Shown here: positions 58,317-64,000 of the stretch, piece after piece | Position numbering within the stretch: position 1 is the first letter of the stretch | Layout: each line of letters begins with the position of its first letter | Assembly: GCA_964016885.1 (NCBI GenBank) | Contig: OZ024742.1 | Location: 86,924,001-86,988,000 of the forward strand | DNA length: 64,000 nucleotides | Origin: Eledone cirrhosa | Lineage: Eukaryota | Direction: 5' to 3' | Program-made: the position numbers and the translations under genes | The notes under the pieces: generated by a model | The model's database searches: none | What the model saw: only the letters and a program-made list of their open reading frames with translations | Told to the model about the DNA's origin: nothing

Positions 58317-58370
58317 ATTTTGTCTGATGAAAGCACACCATTGGTGTCCTTGAAATATGTATAATGAAAT
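58317..58370 (+). ncRNA. Type I hammerhead in an inverted pLTR pair (58164-58240 vs 58310-58414)
   Basis: TTTTGT-CTGATGA-AAGCACACC(att)GGTGTCCTT-GAA-ATATGTAT-A-ATGAAA; the inverted copy has half of the HHR deleted. Confidence 0.78.
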
Positions 58371-58427
58371 AAATATGGTTTTATAAATATATTTTACATT
58401 TGTTAATATCGTATATATATATATATA

Positions 58428-58989
<562 letters not shown>

Positions 58990-58996
<7 letters not shown>

Positions 58997-59798
58997 ATTG
59001 AGGTTGGTAATGGCACATGGAATATATAAGAGACAGAATACTTTTTTGTGAAAAAACATAATTTTATAAGGTAAGGAAATAATAAAGGGTATAAAAAATG
59101 ACCGGTTTCGATGGGTCTGCAAAAGCCATCTTTTCAAATGTTGATTAATATTAAGAAAAATTAATAATACGAAGAGTTAAAATTTGAGACTTGAAAATTC
59201 AAGTATAAAATTCATTGTGGGATTTCATAGCAGTTTTCATCTTGGTAGCAACAACAGGTTGACTGCTGTGTCCCTTTCTGGTAGTGAATGAGAAGTTATT
59301 TGGGGTGTGGGTTATTTTATAAAGGTCAGATTTAGCAATCGCCAGCTGCTGGTCAGTGAGGGGTGGAAGCAATATACACACACATATCTTCCTGTGATGG
59401 GTAGGAGAGTGGAGCGTGATAGAAAGGGATTTAGTGCACTTACACCTATATATACACACATACCTTCATCAAAATAACCCACACCCAAATAACCTCTCAT
59501 TCACTACCAGAAAGGGACACAGCAGTCAACCTGTTGTTGCTACCAAGATGAAAACTGCTATGAAATCCCACAATGAATTTTATACTTGAATTTTCAAGTC
59601 TCAAATTTTAACTCTTCGTATTATTAATTTTTCTTAATATTAATCAACATTTGAAAAGATGGCTTTTGCAGACCCATCGAAACCGGTCATTTTTTATACC
59701 CTTTATTATTTCCTTACCTTATAAAATTATGTTTTTTCACAAAAAAGTATTCTGTCTCTTATATATTCCATGTGCCATTACCAACCTCAATTTTCTCT
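58990..59798. repeat. Inverted pLTR pair of the Neptune-type PLE (58990-59318 vs 59471-59798)
   Basis: ~330-bp arms with only about two differences seen; abuts (TA)n(GA)n. Confidence 0.92.
59646..59693 (+). ncRNA. Hammerhead with a U3:A8 variant core (inverted copy at 59095-59143)
   Basis: TTGAAAA-GATGG(cttttgcagac)CCATC-GAA-ACCGGT-C; palindromic stem III, GUC site; weak stem I. Confidence 0.7.
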
Positions 59799-59862
59799 AT
59801 AACCTTCGCTTTGTGTAGAAAATTACACTTTTCATATATACTAACCTACGCAAATCCGGAAA

Positions 59863-60903
59863 ATGGCACTGGAACAAGACAACACAACTTCAAACTCCAA
59901 TATCAATGAGGAAATCCTGAAAATCCTAAAAGAGATAAATGGAAAACTCACCATTCTGACAAAAAAACAGGATATACCCCAAACCACCACACCGACTGAC
60001 AACCAAATTTATTTAAACGTTCAAAACGTATGCAACTCCATCGAAAAACTTATGAATACCAACACAGAACAAACGACATTGCTCCATATCAAAAACCAAA
60101 TGGGACACCTCTGGAAAAAACATCTAAAAACCAGAAAATTCACTTTCTGGAATATGATAAAAAACCTCAACAAAGCTGGAATTTACCAAAAATGGATTAA
60201 CTCAACACCGATAGTTTTACCACGTAAATTCCAAATAAAGCATATTACAAACGAACCTGAACCAGAAAGAAAACTCCGTGAACAAATGTCACTCAACAGG
60301 ATAAACATGGAAATAGAACTCCTAAAATTAAGGGCCACCTCAAACGAGCAAGAGTATAAGGATACTGATAAAAATATGGAGGAAGAATACACTAAAAAGG
60401 CCGAGGGAACAACCCTACAAAATTTAATCAAATCGTGGAAACAGGGCTGCGAGAATGCAGAAACTATTTCCCTTAAACGGTGGGAAAAATCCGAAAACTG
60501 GTTCCTCAAATATGAAGAAGACTTTAAAAGGACGCACCAAACAGGTAACCCCTTTATAAAGCATTTGAACATAACAAGAACTACAACAGACACATTTACA
60601 CCACCAAACCCAACACACACTAACCACAGGCACATCCCCCACCAACACAAACCCAATACGGCCAACTACACCAAAAGAAACACACCCAACCACCACAACA
60701 CAGGTTTCCGTAGAAATGCCCCCTACATAAACCAACGACGAAATAACATAGATCCAACTCACAACACACACACCACATTCCTCAGAAGAAATCCACCCAG
60801 ACCACTTGAAATCACAACAGAACTTACCCACAACCACACCAGACATCACCCTCAGTCCAACAAAAGACAACCCCAGCCTCAACACTCTGTACCACAGAAA
60901 TAA
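59863..60903 (+). CDS. PLE upstream ORF (ORF1): predicted coiled-coil/helical protein with a basic H/N/T/P/R-rich tail
   Basis: 346-aa ATG-initiated ORF directly after the pLTR; heptad-like EEILKILKEINGKLTIL and RINMEIELLKLRATSNEQEY; function is inferred. Confidence 0.7.
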   Translation: MALEQDNTTSNSNINEEILKILKEINGKLTILTKKQDIPQTTTPTDNQIYLNVQNVCNSIEKLMNTNTEQTTLLHIKNQMGHLWKKHLKTRKFTFWNMIKNLNKAGIYQKWINSTPIVLPRKFQIKHITNEPEPERKLREQMSLNRINMEIELLKLRATSNEQEYKDTDKNMEEEYTKKAEGTTLQNLIKSWKQGCENAETISLKRWEKSENWFLKYEEDFKRTHQTGNPFIKHLNITRTTTDTFTPPNPTHTNHRHIPHQHKPNTANYTKRNTPNHHNTGFRRNAPYINQRRNNIDPTHNTHTTFLRRNPPRPLEITTELTHNHTRHHPQSNKRQPQPQHSVPQK

Positions 60904-61059
60904 CGCACCCAGACCACATGAACCAACAACAGAACCCTTGCTCATCAACAACCACAACACATACCACCCCCACCATCACATTCACCCTCATGAAACAACA
61001 AGCTACAGACCCACACGCAACAGACCAACAAAATATAATCACACACAAAACTACATTCC

Positions 61060-61088
61060 TTTTTTAGGGAAAAGCCTGAAATACCAGG
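61060..61088 (+). promoter_or_regulatory. Candidate -1 ribosomal frameshift signal (or 3' splice acceptor)
   Basis: T TTT TTA GGG is in phase in the 60752-61126 frame; the -1 frame is the RT frame and is open to the ATG at 61096; small hairpin CCTG-AAATAC-CAGG 8 nt downstream. Confidence 0.6.
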
Positions 61089-61095
61089 ATACTCG

Positions 61096-63372
61096 ATGGC
61101 CGCCCCTCAGGAGAAACCAAAAATAATCAACCTCTCAAAGACACCTCTAACCAACACACAAATCAACATTTTAAGTAAGGGCCTGAAATTTACACCTACA
61201 CCACGTAAACCAAACTTCCCCGAAATGAAGGATGACATCATGGAATACTGCCGAAAGCTGCGACTAACGGAATTCTTCCACAACGACACCAACACTGAAG
61301 ACGAATCACTGGTTAGAAATAAAAGCAATTTCTGCCCACAAAAGGGAAGAAATAAAGCACTGGACACGTACTGCGAACACATCACCAACTTTCCCTATGA
61401 AAAAATTACAAATAAACACACGAAATCAAACCTATCTACACACGAATGGGAAGAATTATTCACACTTAGAAACAACCCTGAGATAACTATCAAAGAAGCC
61501 GATAAAGGCAGTACTGTTGTCATTATGAATACGGACTACTATAGGACCCTGGCACTTAACATTTTAGAAAACAACACATACTATGAAAAAACAGAAAACT
61601 ACAAACACACCAAAACAATGGGGAACCTTTTGACCTTACTGAATAAATACCGCAACAGCTTAACCACAAAAGAGTTTAACTATATAAGCCACTTCAAATG
61701 CAATACAAGCTCTTTTTACGGGTTACCGAAACTTCACAAATGTAAACCCATAAACGATGCATGTGACACCTCAACCAACAATTACATTGAACTAACACCA
61801 CCAGAAGACCTAAAACTCAGGCCAATTATAGCAGGCCCTACATGTGAAACCCACAGACTTAGCAACTTTCTGGATATCCTACTGAAACCCTTTCTACAAC
61901 ATATACAGAGCTACATACGAGATGACCTTGACATGCTGAAACACCTCCCTAAAACAGTAAGTGCAAATACAATTCTTGTCTCCTTTGACGTAATAAACCT
62001 CTACACAAACATACCTCACAACTATGGAATAACAGCAGTCCAATACTGGCTTAACACACACCCATCAGAAATACCGACACGCATCAACACAGATTTTATC
62101 ACTGACGGACTCCGCTTTATCCTACAAAATAACTACTTCACATTCAATGGTTCAACATACAGACAAGTATCAGGTACGGCAATGGGCACGAAAGTAGCAC
62201 CCACATATGCCAACCTAGTCATGGGATTCCATGAACAACAAATATACAGTCAGTCCCTTCTCTTATTTGGAGACTCTTTCCACACACACCTCAAAGCCAA
62301 TTGGAAAAGATATCTAGACGACTGCTTTATCCTATGGCAAGAAGACATGAACTCACTTACTACGTTTAAAAACATGATAAACAACATAGATAATAACATA
62401 CAATTCACAATGGAATCCAATCCTAAGGAATTAGCCTTCTTGGATATTCTCATCTCTGTAATAGACGGGAAATTAGATACAGATATATTCTATAAACCCA
62501 CAGATTCCAAGCAATACCTCTTTTTCACATCAAGTCACCCAAAACATACAAAACTTAACATTCCTTACAATTTGGCCAAACGTATATGTACCATAGTATC
62601 AGATCCACCTAAACGGGAGCAAAGACTAAAGGAACTAAAAGACACCCTTATCTTAAGAGCCTTTCCACTTGAAATAATCAACAATGGAATAGACAGGGCA
62701 AAACACCTAAATCCCCATCAACTTAACAATCCAAAACAGAAAACCACACTCAACACCCTGCCATATGTATCCACTTTCAACCCCAGAAATACCGAAATGT
62801 TTGATCACCTACACAAAAACCTCCCCATCCTACTTAAAGATGTAAAAATGAAGTCTATTCTTGAAACACACAAGATCCTTAAAAGTAAAAGACAACCCAA
62901 ATCACTTAAACGCATTCTCACTGGACCAAATATACCCAAACCAATCCTCAACCCTACAGTTACCAAATGTGGTAGAACAAACTGTGGAACGTGCCTCTAC
63001 CTCACTGAAGGACAAACATTTACATTCAAAGATGGCCAAACATTTACAGTAAAAAACAATTTCACCTGCAACTCGGAGAACTTGATTTACGCAATAACTT
63101 GCGGTGGGTGCAAACACAACTACATAGGACAGACGGGCACCTCATTACGCAAAAGAATGACCATCCACCGCCAACAAATCCGGGACGCTAACACAAGAAA
63201 AATCCCCTTGAGCAGCCATATTGCGAACTGCGCAGGAATGACACTACCCAACTTTAAAATCTTCCCCTTCTACAAGTGCTCAGATTCGTTCACACAGCAA
63301 CAAAGAATAAACAAAGAAAATCTATTCCTTAACAAATTTAAACCAAAACTAAACGGGTTATCACCCCAATAG
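61096..63372 (+). CDS. Intact PLE reverse transcriptase / GIY-YIG endonuclease (Neptune-type)
   Basis: IINLS, LSKGLKFTP, IKEADKGS, FYGLPKLHK, LRPII, SFDVINLYTNIP, GTAMGT, RYLDD, FLDI, YKPTD, CGRTNCGTC...C linker, LIYAITC..C...YIGQT..LRKRMTIHR, E and LN; 758 aa with no stops. Confidence 0.95.
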   Translation: MAAPQEKPKIINLSKTPLTNTQINILSKGLKFTPTPRKPNFPEMKDDIMEYCRKLRLTEFFHNDTNTEDESLVRNKSNFCPQKGRNKALDTYCEHITNFPYEKITNKHTKSNLSTHEWEELFTLRNNPEITIKEADKGSTVVIMNTDYYRTLALNILENNTYYEKTENYKHTKTMGNLLTLLNKYRNSLTTKEFNYISHFKCNTSSFYGLPKLHKCKPINDACDTSTNNYIELTPPEDLKLRPIIAGPTCETHRLSNFLDILLKPFLQHIQSYIRDDLDMLKHLPKTVSANTILVSFDVINLYTNIPHNYGITAVQYWLNTHPSEIPTRINTDFITDGLRFILQNNYFTFNGSTYRQVSGTAMGTKVAPTYANLVMGFHEQQIYSQSLLLFGDSFHTHLKANWKRYLDDCFILWQEDMNSLTTFKNMINNIDNNIQFTMESNPKELAFLDILISVIDGKLDTDIFYKPTDSKQYLFFTSSHPKHTKLNIPYNLAKRICTIVSDPPKREQRLKELKDTLILRAFPLEIINNGIDRAKHLNPHQLNNPKQKTTLNTLPYVSTFNPRNTEMFDHLHKNLPILLKDVKMKSILETHKILKSKRQPKSLKRILTGPNIPKPILNPTVTKCGRTNCGTCLYLTEGQTFTFKDGQTFTVKNNFTCNSENLIYAITCGGCKHNYIGQTGTSLRKRMTIHRQQIRDANTRKIPLSSHIANCAGMTLPNFKIFPFYKCSDSFTQQQRINKENLFLNKFKPKLNGLSPQ

Positions 63373-63667
63373 AATTGTCATAAAATATAAACACACATAC
63401 GCACGGAATCACTACTATTAAAGACCAGAGACCAATTCTGTAGAATCAGGTTTATTCATTGACAGACCATGCCTTTGTGTGACCAACACATCCATGTTAA
63501 ACCCTGCACGTGCACACACATATATCTATATATATATGCGCACACAGAATTCACCACTGTCGGTTGCGGGGCCCAATCTACATGAAGAACTCAATGTGAT
63601 CAGAATGACTTGTATTTTAATTTCACTGCCCCAACTTCTTATATCATGGAAAAAATATATGTGTCTG

Positions 63668-63713
<46 letters not shown>

Positions 63714-64000
63714 AAGGCCATTTCTCTGTGTGTGCGTGTATGTATGTGTATATGTGTGTGTGCGTGTATGTGTGTGCATGTGGATGTATGTATTGTGTGT
63801 GCGTGTGTGTGTATGTATGTGGGTATCTGGATGTATGCGTATGTGTATATATATATATATATATGCGTGTGTGTGTGTGTGTGTGTATATATATATGTGT
63901 GTGTATGTGTGTGTATATATATGTGTGTGTGTGTGTATGTTTGTATGTGTGTATGTATATATATATGTGTGTGTGTGTGTATGTATGTGTGGGTGTGTGT

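Larger units (their letters stand above)
58990..64000 (+). mobile_element. Young Neptune-type Penelope-like element, running off the window end
   Basis: Inverted pLTRs with HHR, upstream ORF, intact RT-EN ORF and microsatellite-rich 3' UTR. Confidence 0.9.

Noticed and set aside
60183-60960. Antisense ORFs of 160 and 178 aa over PLE ORF1, and similar ones over the LINEs
   Set aside because: Explained by the strong A/C strand bias of the sense ORFs; no motifs

Overview
AT-rich eukaryotic DNA with no host gene I can support. The tRNA-derived SINE resembles the abundant octopus SINE family, so a cephalopod source is likely (inference from recall, not a database search). The window is a dense retroelement nest built on (TA)n/(TG)n/(ATCT)n microsatellites. 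It holds a young Neptune-type Penelope-like element (PLE) with an intact RT-GIY-YIG ORF (59-64 kb), a frameshifted Naiad-type PLE (7.2-13.4 kb), further PLE fragments, three decayed L1/Tx1-type LINEs, an old R4/Dong-like LINE fragment and several SINEs. Reading both strands by eye gives about 22 type-I hammerhead ribozyme (HHR) motifs from at least 10 short-repeat families. These are arranged as tandem and inverted pseudo-LTR (pLTR) or retrozyme-like units. Highlights: (1) an upstream coiled-coil ORF linked to the Neptune RT ORF by an in-phase T TTT TTA GGG -1 slippery site, giving a gag-pol-like PLE; (2) natural C3:G8 to U3:A8 covariation of the HHR core between sister repeat families; (3) 319-nt and ~450-nt tandem HHR repeats predicted to make circRNAs; (4) a ~700-bp inverted duplication of flanking DNA fused to a retrozyme fragment. 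Coordinates were read manually and may be off by a few bases.
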